From contig JBIIPZ010000044.1 in NCBI GenBank assembly GCA_044342325.1, positions 1-20,731 on the forward strand: a DNA stretch of 20,731 nt. The letters are read 5' to 3'. This document shows, piece by piece, positions 1-9,108 of the stretch. The stretch's first letter is position 1; the number at the start of each line of letters is the position of its first letter. The position numbers and the translations under genes are program-made. The stretch comes from Terrimicrobiaceae bacterium. GTDB lineage: Bacteria > Verrucomicrobiota > Verrucomicrobiia > Chthoniobacterales > Terrimicrobiaceae. The notes under the pieces are model-generated. The model saw nothing but the letters and a program-made list of their open reading frames with translations. It did not search any database and had not been told where the DNA came from.

Positions 1-198
1 CCCGATGTGAAACAACTCCTCGTCAGGCAAAATATCGAATTCAAGGAATCCCACCTCCTGCCTGCCACACCGCGCCAGTTCCTCCTCCGCATGCTTGCCA
101 ATCTCCTCTATGTCTATGATCTCGATGAAGAGGATGAGAAAAGAGATCGCGTAAAAGAGTGGATGGATGCCATCTCCTACTGTGCAGTGGCCGGATGA
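1..198 (+). CDS. 3' end of a SirB1/transglutaminase-like family protein (partial)
   Basis: The frame is open from the window edge. ATPRQFLLRMLANL resembles the SirB1-family C-terminal motif. The TGA overlaps the cinA ATG (ATGA, 195-198). Confidence 0.6.
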   Translation, partial: PDVKQLLVRQNIEFKESHLLPATPRQFLLRMLANLLYVYDLDEEDEKRDRVKEWMDAISYCAVAG

Positions 199-1430
199 TT
201 ATCGAAGTCATCAACAGCGGCACCGAGCTTCTCCTCGGTGAGGTCATAAATACCCATGCCGCATGGATTGCAAAGAGGGTGTTTCCGCTTGGGCTTCGCC
301 TCTCGCGCCAAACAACCGTTCCCGACGGGCCTGCCATCAGAGATGCCGTCTGCGAAACATTCAATCGTGCCGACATTGTTTTTATAACCGGAGGCCTGGG
401 ACCGACGACGGATGACATTACTCGCGAAGCCGTAGCCGAAATTCTTGGTCTCAAGCTTGTGCCAAACGAAACCGTTCGAGATGCTATCGAATCGCGGTTG
501 GCGGCGAGGGGATACAAACTTCTCGAGCGCATGCTGCGTCAAACGATGGTTCCAGAGGGCGCTATCGTGCTTCCCAACAATAATGGCACCGCTCCTGGCC
601 TCTACATTCCCAGTTTGTCCACGCCGTCGTCCGCATCACCGCATTTCTTCCTCCTGCCGGGTCCGCCGCGTGAACTGAAGCCGATGTTTGAAGAATCCGT
701 CATGCCCGTGCTCTGCGGCTTGCTGGGCGACCTGCCTGAAAAGGAATGCCGCATCTATCGGGTCGTCGGCCTCGGTGAAAGCGCCGTGGAGGAGATGATC
801 GGTCTCGAGCTCTCGGCAAATATAGACCTCGAAGTCGGCTACTGTGCCCGCCCGAACGAGGTGGATTTCCGACTCATTGGCTCCAAGGAACTGCTCGACT
901 CCATCGAGCCGCGTATCCTGCAAACCCTCGGAAAAAACCTCGTCTCAGCAAAAGGCGAGGGGATCGAACAATGGATCATTCACCGACTCGCTGCCATGGA
1001 GCGCACCATCTCGACAGCTGAATCCTGCACAGGCGGCCTTCTCGCAAGCCGTCTCACAGATGTCCCAGGTTCCTCAAAAGTCTTCAACCGAGGATTCGTG
1101 ACATATTCGAATGAATCAAAGGTCGACCTGCTTGGCGTGAGTCAATCGATCCTATCCGAGCACGGTGCTGTGAGCGAACCCGTGGCCTGTGCCATGGCCG
1201 AGGGGGCTTTGCTCCATGCGCATTCGGATTTCAGCCTCGCACTCACTGGTGTCGCCGGCCCCGATGGAGGCAGTCCTGAAAAACCCGTTGGCACCGTCTT
1301 TATCGCCATGGCCCAAGCCTCCAAGCCCACTCATTGCCAAAAATTCTCCTTCCCAGTGGACCGTGCCACCTTCAAGCAGCTCGCAACGCAAGCCGCCCTG
1401 GACATGCTCCGCCGCGCCATCGTGGAATAA
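195..1430 (+). CDS. cinA: Competence/damage-inducible protein CinA (molybdopterin-binding-like domain plus NMN deamidase PncC domain)
   Basis: Motifs GTELLLGEVINT, GGLGPTTDDITRE, LPGPPREL, TAESCTGG and TGVAGPDGGS..KPVGTVF. Start placed at ATG 195. Confidence 0.96.
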   Translation: MIIEVINSGTELLLGEVINTHAAWIAKRVFPLGLRLSRQTTVPDGPAIRDAVCETFNRADIVFITGGLGPTTDDITREAVAEILGLKLVPNETVRDAIESRLAARGYKLLERMLRQTMVPEGAIVLPNNNGTAPGLYIPSLSTPSSASPHFFLLPGPPRELKPMFEESVMPVLCGLLGDLPEKECRIYRVVGLGESAVEEMIGLELSANIDLEVGYCARPNEVDFRLIGSKELLDSIEPRILQTLGKNLVSAKGEGIEQWIIHRLAAMERTISTAESCTGGLLASRLTDVPGSSKVFNRGFVTYSNESKVDLLGVSQSILSEHGAVSEPVACAMAEGALLHAHSDFSLALTGVAGPDGGSPEKPVGTVFIAMAQASKPTHCQKFSFPVDRATFKQLATQAALDMLRRAIVE

Positions 1431-1498
1431 ATTTCAGAAGGCAGGCTTGGATTTCGTGATTGCCAGAGATCCACATTTCAGTAGTGTAGGCAACAGTA

Positions 1499-1580
1499 GC
1501 CGGCGTGGCGGAATTGGCAGACGCGCGCGACTCAAAATCGCGTTCCGCAAGGAGTGTCGGTTCGATCCCGACCGCCGGTA
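1499..1580 (+). tRNA. tRNA-Leu, anticodon CAA; CCA not encoded
   Basis: Acceptor stem GCCGGCG/CGCCGGT with discriminator A. D-loop GGAATTGGCAGAC. Anticodon arm CGCGA-CTCAAAA-TCGCG. Long variable arm TCC-GCAA-GGA. T-arm GTCGG-TTCGATC-CCGAC. Confidence 0.97.
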
Positions 1581-1676
1581 GTTCCGTTTCAATAACCCCG
1601 CTTCATAAATGAATAAAAAGGGGCTCTGTAATTTTGGAAACTTGCGCTCCAATTCGGAGGCAGACAGATTGATTCT

Positions 1677-2228
1677 GTGAATTATCCATTCGACATAGAG
1701 AAGTCTGCACAGTGCGCGCACTTTTTTGCGAATCGAGCAGGCGGGGAAATAGAAATTCTAAAGCTAGTCAAACTGATCTATCTGGCGGATCGGAGGTCTT
1801 TCGAGACGCGCCAAGTTCCGATAGTTGGCGGTCACTACTACTCGTTGAAACACGGTCCGGTCACCAGCGAGGTGCTCGAGTTGATCAATGACGGCACGCC
1901 ACTGGGGGAGAGTCCGTGGGAAAAATTGATTTCGGATCGGGCCAACCACAAGGTGGCCACTGCGGCGAAAATTGACTCTTACGATGCTCTTGCGACTTCT
2001 GAAATAAGCATTCTCAACGAGATTTGGAAAGATTTTGGCCCGTTCGACAAATGGGAGTTGGTGGACTGGACGCACAAACATTGTGAGGAGTGGGCAGACC
2101 CGAATGGTGGTCGCTTGGACATCAAGGCCCGCAAATTGGCCGAATCCTTTTCATGGAACGCCGAGGAGGTCGAAACTTTCTTGGAGGAAATCGAGTCGGC
2201 AAACCGAATCCATTCCTTGCTGAAATGA
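1677..2228 (+). CDS. Panacea/SocA-like (DUF4065) antitoxin domain protein
   Basis: LKLVKLIYLADR, YYSLKHGPV and WELVDWTH..C.EW are typical DUF4065 motifs. GTG start. Confidence 0.85.
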   Translation: MNYPFDIEKSAQCAHFFANRAGGEIEILKLVKLIYLADRRSFETRQVPIVGGHYYSLKHGPVTSEVLELINDGTPLGESPWEKLISDRANHKVATAAKIDSYDALATSEISILNEIWKDFGPFDKWELVDWTHKHCEEWADPNGGRLDIKARKLAESFSWNAEEVETFLEEIESANRIHSLLK

Positions 2229-2235
2229 CCCTCGG

Positions 2236-2606
2236 ATGGACTTGACTCTCGGAATGGCTTTCCGGTGCATGGCGGAGCCGGGCACATATACATTCCCTTG
2301 TTCGATCCGAACCGGGATGCCGATGAGATGCTGCTTGTGAACTTTACAACGCTTCGGGAGAAGTGCGTCGATGATTCCTGCATTCTCGATGATAGTGATT
2401 ATGTGGAGTTGAAGCACCAGACCACAGTGGCTTACTCAAGAGCCAATATTTACAAAAAATCCCTGTTCTGCGCTGCGGTTGGGAACAATCATTTTGTTCG
2501 GTTGGACGATCTGCCTGGAGGCACATTGGAAAAAATTATCTCGGGAGCTTTCGCTTCAAATGAATTGCCGAAACGCAAGAAAGCAATTCTGCCCCAAACC
2601 TTTTAG
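2236..2606 (+). CDS. Putative cognate toxin of the Panacea antitoxin (possibly PemK/MazF-like fold); 5' end apparently frameshifted
   Basis: ORF 2265-2606 (HIYIPLFDP..LLVNFTT..DDSCILDDSDY..H...AY..A) resembles, from memory, small proteins encoded beside Panacea genes. The nearest plausible ATG (2236, MDLTLGMAFR) is in a different frame. Confidence 0.55.
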
Positions 2607-2686
2607 GATCCAGCATGCATGTGGGTCTGCGGGTGAAGACGATACTCAGATCGAATCCAGCGGGAAATTGTCCCGAACAACTTACT

Positions 2687-3403
2687 TCAACTGATGAGCA
2701 GCAACCGTGGAGAACTGGTTCGTGGAGCGCGATGGATGCATGGCGGAACGGGAGAATCGGGATATTGCACCGCAATGCGCCAGAAATTGGCTCTTCCAAA
2801 CGGGTAGGGTTCTGCGTGGGGCAAGGCTGCATAGTGAAGGTCATAGCAATTTTCGCTTAAAAACTCACAGAATCCCTCATCATCCTGACCTCCATAGAGC
2901 TTCAGGAGATCTGCTCGAGTTTTCGGAATATCCACATGCCTCACAGCTTCTTCATTCCGGATCGCCTCGCTGCATGCTCCAAAATATGTGCAAAGCCATG
3001 TTTCCGATTGCACCGGAGCACTATCTGCATGAAATGAATAAACATCCGTCGATATGGAAGCGTCGTTGTCATCACTCGGATAAGCATGAATGCAGTTCAA
3101 AACAGGATCCAATCCCAAAGCGCTCAGTAAGCGCTCATCCTGAAGCATTTCATTGATCGCTACGAGACCGGCGGGACTGAGCGGCAGGCTTTGCAAAAAA
3201 TCTTCGTCGAGAAGGGTAATGCCATCGCCTGAACCGATCTTTTCCACGAGTTCAGCAAAATTTCCATCAAGCACCCGTGGCCAACAAAAGGCATTGACTC
3301 CAGCTCCGAATGGTGCCGAAGCCAACTCCTCGAACGAATGGACCACCTTGATGCAATCGAAATCCGGGGGCAGGATTGGGCGCGGGTTTAATTGTTTGGA
3401 CAT
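2687..3403 (-). CDS. DUF1826 domain protein (2OG-Fe(II) oxygenase-like)
   Basis: Motifs VNAFCWPRVLDGNF, DVYSFHADSA, LCTYFG and CIHRAP...PRLLLIS, giving an HxD...H triad. ATG 3403 is preferred over the longer ORF-track start. Confidence 0.8.
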   Translation of the reverse strand: MSKQLNPRPILPPDFDCIKVVHSFEELASAPFGAGVNAFCWPRVLDGNFAELVEKIGSGDGITLLDEDFLQSLPLSPAGLVAINEMLQDERLLSALGLDPVLNCIHAYPSDDNDASISTDVYSFHADSAPVQSETWLCTYFGACSEAIRNEEAVRHVDIPKTRADLLKLYGGQDDEGFCEFLSENCYDLHYAALPHAEPYPFGRANFWRIAVQYPDSPVPPCIHRAPRTSSPRLLLIS

Positions 3404-3426
3404 GCCCGCAGAGGCTAAATTTCCCG

Positions 3427-3640
3427 TGTGGAAAGGAAAGCGAAAGTTTGAAATCCGTCTGATACCAAAATGTGTCGCAGTCTTTTCACCGCTCCCTGTG
3501 AATAACAGAGCCCTTGAATCCATCGAGGAGGGAATGGCTGAACTTATTCCAAACTTATTCACAGACTCGCCAAACCATAGACCCAAGGGACATATCTATA
3601 ACATCTGATAATATATGTAATAGGTAATAGCGACGCTATG
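3427..3640. promoter_or_regulatory. Cluster of DnaA-box matches next to an AT-rich tract (candidate oriC or DnaA-regulated site)
   Basis: TGTGAATAA at 3497-3505 and TTATTCACA at 3555-3563 match TTWTNCACA exactly. TGTGGAAAG at 3427-3435 has 1 mismatch. An AT-rich tract follows at ~3591-3640. Confidence 0.4.
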
Positions 3641-3921
3641 CTTTTCCTGCTATATCACTCTGCTTCGCGACATTATCCTAAATTCAAACTGCCGATGATT
3701 CTTGCGACAAACCATGTTTGCCGATCACTGAGATTCCGCTACCAAAACCCGCGCGGCAGCGCGCCAAAATCCTTGGAGGGTCGACCTCCGGCTTGACCCA
3801 AATACCACCTCGAAAACCTACAAACCACTCCCGAAAACCACCTCGCCAAAAAATCGCACAAACCACAAAGCTTGTCCGCGCGTCCTGCACGCCGAACGAG
3901 TCGCAATGACAGATGAATTTC

Positions 3922-3957
3922 GACCAAAAATTTGGACGATCGTCCAAATTTTTGGTC
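3922..3957. repeat. Perfect 36 bp palindrome with no spacer
   Basis: GACCAAAAATTTGGACGATCGTCCAAATTTTTGGTC equals its own reverse complement. The ORF track shows MDDRPNFWS on both strands here. Confidence 0.97.
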
Positions 3958-4259
3958 TTTTACTTTTACAAAGGATTCCAGCAATTTGATCTGCAAAAAG
4001 CCACCCGCCTCACCCAGGACCTCGTGTGGGTATTTGCGGCGAGGAAAATTACTTCCGATGCAGAGATTTTTTGACTCTTTGCGCATCGAAACACAGCGGG
4101 GTTTATCCTTTGAAGCGCAAACTGCTCTGGATGCGGCAAATTTGATCGCTTAATATTGAAATGTCCGGCAGGTTCATTTTGGATTCTATTTTTATTTCAA
4201 AGATATCTCATAAAAAGAAACATATGCTATATTTTTACACATTAGTTTTTTAAAACTGC

Positions 4260-4844
4260 TCAATGATCTAATCCAGGATTCAATGCCTCAATCTGGATCT
4301 TATAAACTGTTGTTTTAATATCTATTGCACCGGATTCATTGGTCATATTCCCCTCGCCGGTTTTATCATTTGTAAATCCCAAAGAAATCAGGCCATTTTC
4401 AAACGATTCAGCACCATTATTCGGCTCTACCTTGACAATCCAAGAGTCCGCAGCGTCTTCTCCAGTTTCTACGAATGGAATACCCGACCGTTTGAACAAC
4501 TCTAATACCTCATTGCGCTTTTGCTCGCGTTGCGCGGCATCTTCATAGCGGAGCCTAAAAATACGCATTGGAGATTCTACGAGACCGACCGGTAAGTTTG
4601 CGTCGGCGATGGATTCCAAGGATTGACGCAACCCTGGAACCTCGGCAGCGGCCTCTGACACTTGGACCTCCGCCACCACGGTGGATTGTCTCTCCTTTCG
4701 GATACCATTTAGTCCAAGAACGAGAATCGTGATTGGCAAAGCCAGAGCCACCCCCAGCAGGCCCAGAATTTGAAAGACCTTGGCATTCACTCGGAATTTC
4801 GGCAAGGGCTCCTCGGGTCTCTGAGCGGGATCGGTTTCTGACAT
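4260..4844 (-). CDS. Hypothetical protein with an N-terminal membrane anchor, divergent from lepA
   Basis: 194 aa ORF with an ATG start and one hydrophobic segment (VFQILGLLGVALALPITILVLGL). No family recognised. Confidence 0.7.
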   Translation of the reverse strand: MSETDPAQRPEEPLPKFRVNAKVFQILGLLGVALALPITILVLGLNGIRKERQSTVVAEVQVSEAAAEVPGLRQSLESIADANLPVGLVESPMRIFRLRYEDAAQREQKRNEVLELFKRSGIPFVETGEDAADSWIVKVEPNNGAESFENGLISLGFTNDKTGEGNMTNESGAIDIKTTVYKIQIEALNPGLDH

Positions 4845-4925
4845 GCCTCTACGAAATAGCTCAGCGGCTTGCCATCTGGCGAATCGAAAACATTCTTCAT
4901 TTTTCTTCGCAAGAGCAGCTTCAGA

Positions 4926-4954
4926 TTGACCCGCCGCTCTGAGTGCCCGATAGT
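4926..4954 (+). promoter_or_regulatory. Possible sigma70-type promoter for lepA
   Basis: TTGACC-17 nt-GATAGT, ending 12 nt before the lepA ATG. The -10 box is a weak match. Confidence 0.35.
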
Positions 4955-4966
4955 CCCCGGCTTTTC

Positions 4967-6772
4967 ATGGCTATAGAAAACACGCGCAACTTTTGCATCA
5001 TCGCCCACATCGACCACGGTAAAACGACTCTCTCCGACCGCCTTTTGGAGGTAACGGGAACGATCCAAAAGCGCGAGTCCCAAGAGCAACTCCTCGATGC
5101 CATGGACCTCGAGCGCGAGCGTGGCATTACAATCAAAGCCCACCCGATTGCCATGGAATACACTGCCAAAAGTGGCGCTCATTATAAGCTCAATCTTTCC
5201 GATACGCCCGGGCATGTGGACTTTTCCTACGAAGTGTCCCGCTCGCTGGCTGCCTGCGAAGGCGCTCTTCTGATTATCGACGCGGCGCAGGGTGTGGAGG
5301 CCCAGACTGTGGCCAATGTCCACCTCGCCGAGAAGCAAGGACTCAAGCTCATTCCAGTCATCAATAAGATCGACCTCCCCAATGCCGATGTCGAAAATGC
5401 CAAGCGGCAACTCGAGGACATTCTTGCGATCCCAGCCGAGGAGGCCATCCTTGCCAGCGCGAAAGCAGGCATCGGCATTCAGGACATCTTGGAAGCTGTC
5501 GTGGAACGCATCCCCCACCCGGCAGGTAAGCCCGAGGCCCGTCTGCGCGCTCTCACCTTTGACTCGCATTTTGACACCTACCGTGGAGTGGTCATCTACA
5601 CCCGCGTCATGGAGGGCACGATCAAGGCTGGCGATCAGGTGAAACTCATGGCCACGAACTCAAATTACGAGGTCAAGGAAGTCGGAGTTTTCAAGCCGCA
5701 ACAGCCTAAGTTTTTCGCGAGGGAAAAACTCATCGCCGGCGACATCGGCTATGTCATTGCTAATATCAAGACCTCCTCGGAAGTGAAGGTTGGCGATACT
5801 CTCACCAACGCCCGCCAACCTGCCGAGGAGCCCCTGCCCGGCTTCCAAGTCGTGCAGCCCATGGTCTTCAGCGGCATTTATCCTATCAACACGGCTGATT
5901 TCGAGCACCTCAAGGCAGCCATAGCGAAGCTCCAACTGAACGACGCTGCCTTCCAATTCATGGCCGAGTCGAGCGTGGCTCTTGGCTTTGGATTCCGTTG
6001 CGGATTCCTAGGTTTGTTGCACATGGAGATCATCATAGAGCGTCTCCGCCGCGAGTTCGACATGGACATCATCGCGACCTACCCCTCGGTCATTTACGAG
6101 GTGCAGCGCACGAATGGCGAAGTCCTCCGCATCGATAATCCCGACCAACTCCCCGACCCCAGTGTGATCGAGGAAATCCGCGAACCGATGGTGCGCTGCT
6201 TCGTGATGCTCCCGAATGAATACATCTCGCCCATCCTGCAACTCATCATGGAAAAACGCGGCGAGGTAAGCCACACCGAGTCCATCGACACCAAGCGCGT
6301 CATGCTCACAGCCGACCTCCCGCTTAACGAAATTCTCGTCGATTTTGTGGATAAAATGAAATCCATCACCCGAGGCTACGGTTCGATGGACTACGAGCAG
6401 GCTGGCTACAAACCGGCGAAGCTCGTGAAGCTGGAGATGCTCGTGAATGCCGAACCAGTGGATGCCTTCTCCTCCATCGTCCATCGCGAGAAGGCCGAGT
6501 CGCGCGGTCGTGCGCTTGCCACCAAGCTCAAGGAAGTCATCCCTCAACAACTCTACCAAGTGGCCATCCAAGCCGCCGTGGGCGGAAAGATCGTGGCCCG
6601 CGAGAGTGTGAGCGCCATGAGGAAAAATGTGACCGCGAAGTGCTACGGCGGCGACATCAGCCGCAAGCGCAAGCTCCTCGAGAAGCAGAAGGAAGGCAAA
6701 AAACGCATGAAGGCTGTTGGCACCGTCAACATCCCACAGGAAGCCTTCATCGAGGTCCTCCGCACCAGCTGA
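4967..6772 (+). CDS. lepA: Elongation factor 4 (LepA)
   Basis: RNFCIIAHIDHGKTTLSDR, ERERGITIK, DTPGHVDFSYEVSRSL, GFRCGFLGLLH and KCYGGDISRKRKLLEKQKEGKKRMK. Confidence 0.99.
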   Translation: MAIENTRNFCIIAHIDHGKTTLSDRLLEVTGTIQKRESQEQLLDAMDLERERGITIKAHPIAMEYTAKSGAHYKLNLSDTPGHVDFSYEVSRSLAACEGALLIIDAAQGVEAQTVANVHLAEKQGLKLIPVINKIDLPNADVENAKRQLEDILAIPAEEAILASAKAGIGIQDILEAVVERIPHPAGKPEARLRALTFDSHFDTYRGVVIYTRVMEGTIKAGDQVKLMATNSNYEVKEVGVFKPQQPKFFAREKLIAGDIGYVIANIKTSSEVKVGDTLTNARQPAEEPLPGFQVVQPMVFSGIYPINTADFEHLKAAIAKLQLNDAAFQFMAESSVALGFGFRCGFLGLLHMEIIIERLRREFDMDIIATYPSVIYEVQRTNGEVLRIDNPDQLPDPSVIEEIREPMVRCFVMLPNEYISPILQLIMEKRGEVSHTESIDTKRVMLTADLPLNEILVDFVDKMKSITRGYGSMDYEQAGYKPAKLVKLEMLVNAEPVDAFSSIVHREKAESRGRALATKLKEVIPQQLYQVAIQAAVGGKIVARESVSAMRKNVTAKCYGGDISRKRKLLEKQKEGKKRMKAVGTVNIPQEAFIEVLRTS

Positions 6773-6791
6773 ACATCCCACACCCCGCGCC

Positions 6792-7913
6792 ATGTTTTTC
6801 CTGACACCACGCTACATCAAAGAGGCCAAGCAATACCTCCACGGCGCAAAAAAATTCCTCGCCTACAAGCGCGACATCCTACCCGACGCCCGCGTCAGCG
6901 AAATCGAATCACTCATCGCCGTCCTGCATGGAGCCATGCGCTTTCGGAATCGTAATGAGGTTTCAGAGGCAGTCGCCAAGCTGGATGAGGTCATTGGAAA
7001 ATCCCTTCCTCCTCAAAAACACGCCGCCCTCCGCGAGAATATCGAGGTGTTTCTGGTGGCCATTGTCATTGCCGCTGGAGTGAAGGCGTTTCTCATCCAA
7101 CCCTTCCGTATTCCCACCGGTTCGATGCAACCGACGCTCTACGGCATCGTAGGCGTGCAGACGGATACCCCGCCGCCGAATCTCGCTGTTCGGGCCTTTG
7201 ATTTCGTGGTTAGAGGCCGTCACCATTTCGAACTCCGCGCCAAGGAGAGCGATGTCGTCGTGACGCTGAACGAGCGCACTTATCTGAATTTTTTCACTTT
7301 CACAGAAATCGTCTGCCGCAACAATTCCTACACACTCTTCGTGCCCCGCGACCCGCTTATGCGCTACTTCCGCGTGCTGCCAGGCCGCGAATACTCCACC
7401 GGCGAAGTCATTGCCCGAGGCCACATGGATACCGGTGACCAGGTGTTTGTGGACAAGGTCAGCTACAACTTCACCAAGCCCAAGGCGGGCGATGTCTTTG
7501 TTTTCAAAACCACAGGCATCCGCGAGATCGAATCCGGTCTTGATCCCGCAATGGGCTCCCAGCATTACATCAAACGCCTCGCGGGCATGCCAGGCCAGAC
7601 GCTTCGCATCAATCCCCCCACCCTCACGGTGGATGGAAAAATTCCAGACCAATTCGTTTTTGAGAGGGTCATGAGCATGAAGGATGGCTATCAGGGCTAC
7701 TCAAATGGAGGTCGCGGCGGCCCCGCATTCCGCTATCTGGGCAATCCCGAAGCCACCTTCACTGTGCCTCCTCGTTCCTACTTCGCCCTTGGTGACAACA
7801 GCTACCACTCCCGCGACAGTCGTGATTGGGGCGGCGTGCCCGAGATCAATGTCGCCGGGCGCGGACTCTTAGTTTACTGGCCATTCAGCGAGCGCTGGGG
7901 CCTCATCCGTTAA
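6792..7913 (+). CDS. lepB: Signal peptidase I
   Basis: Catalytic Ser box IPTGSMQPTL, Lys box YIKRLAG and GDNSYHSRDSR. Conserved lepA-lepB order. Start placed at ATG 6792. Confidence 0.95.
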   Translation: MFFLTPRYIKEAKQYLHGAKKFLAYKRDILPDARVSEIESLIAVLHGAMRFRNRNEVSEAVAKLDEVIGKSLPPQKHAALRENIEVFLVAIVIAAGVKAFLIQPFRIPTGSMQPTLYGIVGVQTDTPPPNLAVRAFDFVVRGRHHFELRAKESDVVVTLNERTYLNFFTFTEIVCRNNSYTLFVPRDPLMRYFRVLPGREYSTGEVIARGHMDTGDQVFVDKVSYNFTKPKAGDVFVFKTTGIREIESGLDPAMGSQHYIKRLAGMPGQTLRINPPTLTVDGKIPDQFVFERVMSMKDGYQGYSNGGRGGPAFRYLGNPEATFTVPPRSYFALGDNSYHSRDSRDWGGVPEINVAGRGLLVYWPFSERWGLIR

Positions 7914-7968
7914 ATTCAACAACATTCCTGAGTCCTCGCTCGTAAGGTCTCACACCAGTCGGTTTCCT

Positions 7969-9090
7969 ATGAAAAAAAAGATCTTCCTGACCATTCTCGG
8001 TCTCCTTGTCCTCGTCGGTGCCATCATTGGCGTTAAAGCTCTCCAGATCGTGGACCTCATCAAAATGGGTGAGACCTTCGAGATGCCTCCCGAGACAGTT
8101 GTGATCGAAGAATCGGCCACCAAGACTCTCACCGTATCGTTTCAATCCATTGGTTCAGTAGAAGCTGCACGCGGCGTCATGGTTGCCAGCGAGGTCTCGG
8201 GTAAGGTCGTTGGCATTCTTTTCCAATCTGGAGCGGAGGTGGAAGCTGGCGACCCGCTCGTGCAAATCGACAAATCGATCGAGGAGGCCCAACTGCGCTC
8301 GGCACAATCCACAGCCGACCTCAACCGCCTGAACCTCGAGCGCATCCGCGGACTCCGCAAAACCAGCGTTGTGTCGCAGTCGGATATGGAAGGCGCCGAG
8401 GCCCAAGCCAAGGACTCAGCCGCCCGCGTGGATCAACTCGCATCGATTGTCGAAAAAAGGACCATCCGCGCACCATTCACCGGACGCCTCGGCATCCGCC
8501 AAATTCAGGAAGGACAATTCCTCAAGCCCGGTGACCCCATTGTGACTCTCCAAGCCCTCGACCCCGTCTATGTGAACTTCTCCCTTCCCCAACAACGCCT
8601 CGGCGACCTCTCGGTGGGAATGAAGGTAAAAATCACCACCGATGCGCTGCCGGGCCGGGCGTTTGAAGGCACGCTCACGGCCATCGAGCCGGCGGTGGAT
8701 GCCACCACGCGCAACATCAATCTTCAGGCTACTCTCCAAAACCACGACGGCGCGCTGCGCCAAGGGATGTTTGTCGCCGTTTCAGTTCTTGTGCCGGGCA
8801 CCTTCGAGCGTGTTGTCATTCCTTCGACAGCTGTCATTTTCGCCCCCTATGGCGACTCGGTTTTTGTGGTGACTGAGGTCGAGAACAAGAAAGGCCCTCG
8901 GCTCGAGGCGCATCAGAAATTCATCCGCCTCGGTCAGCGCGAAGGCGATCTTGTGGCCATCGAAGAAGGTCTCTCAGCAGGCGAGCGCATCGTGACCATC
9001 GGCGGCTTCAAGCTTCGCAATGGCTCCCATGTCGTTGCAGGCGAAGCCAGCCTCCCCTCCTCCGCCAAGCCTACTCCCTCCGAGAAGTAA
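7969..9090 (+). CDS. RND efflux periplasmic adaptor (membrane fusion protein)
   Basis: N-terminal anchor, EVSGKV...G.EVEAGDPLVQID, IRAPFTGRLG and VD..TR. Directly upstream of an RND permease. Confidence 0.95.
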   Translation: MKKKIFLTILGLLVLVGAIIGVKALQIVDLIKMGETFEMPPETVVIEESATKTLTVSFQSIGSVEAARGVMVASEVSGKVVGILFQSGAEVEAGDPLVQIDKSIEEAQLRSAQSTADLNRLNLERIRGLRKTSVVSQSDMEGAEAQAKDSAARVDQLASIVEKRTIRAPFTGRLGIRQIQEGQFLKPGDPIVTLQALDPVYVNFSLPQQRLGDLSVGMKVKITTDALPGRAFEGTLTAIEPAVDATTRNINLQATLQNHDGALRQGMFVAVSVLVPGTFERVVIPSTAVIFAPYGDSVFVVTEVENKKGPRLEAHQKFIRLGQREGDLVAIEEGLSAGERIVTIGGFKLRNGSHVVAGEASLPSSAKPTPSEK

Positions 9091-9108
9091 ACCACGGCGT
9101 CCCGCTCC

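Noticed and set aside
3404..3586. 61 aa N-terminal extension of the DUF1826 ORF
   Set aside because: It has no family-like sequence and overlaps the DnaA-box matches. ATG 3403 fits better.
1499..4259. Complete tRNA-integrated island or prophage
   Set aside because: No integrase was found, and no duplicate of the tRNA 3' end was seen by eye in the window.
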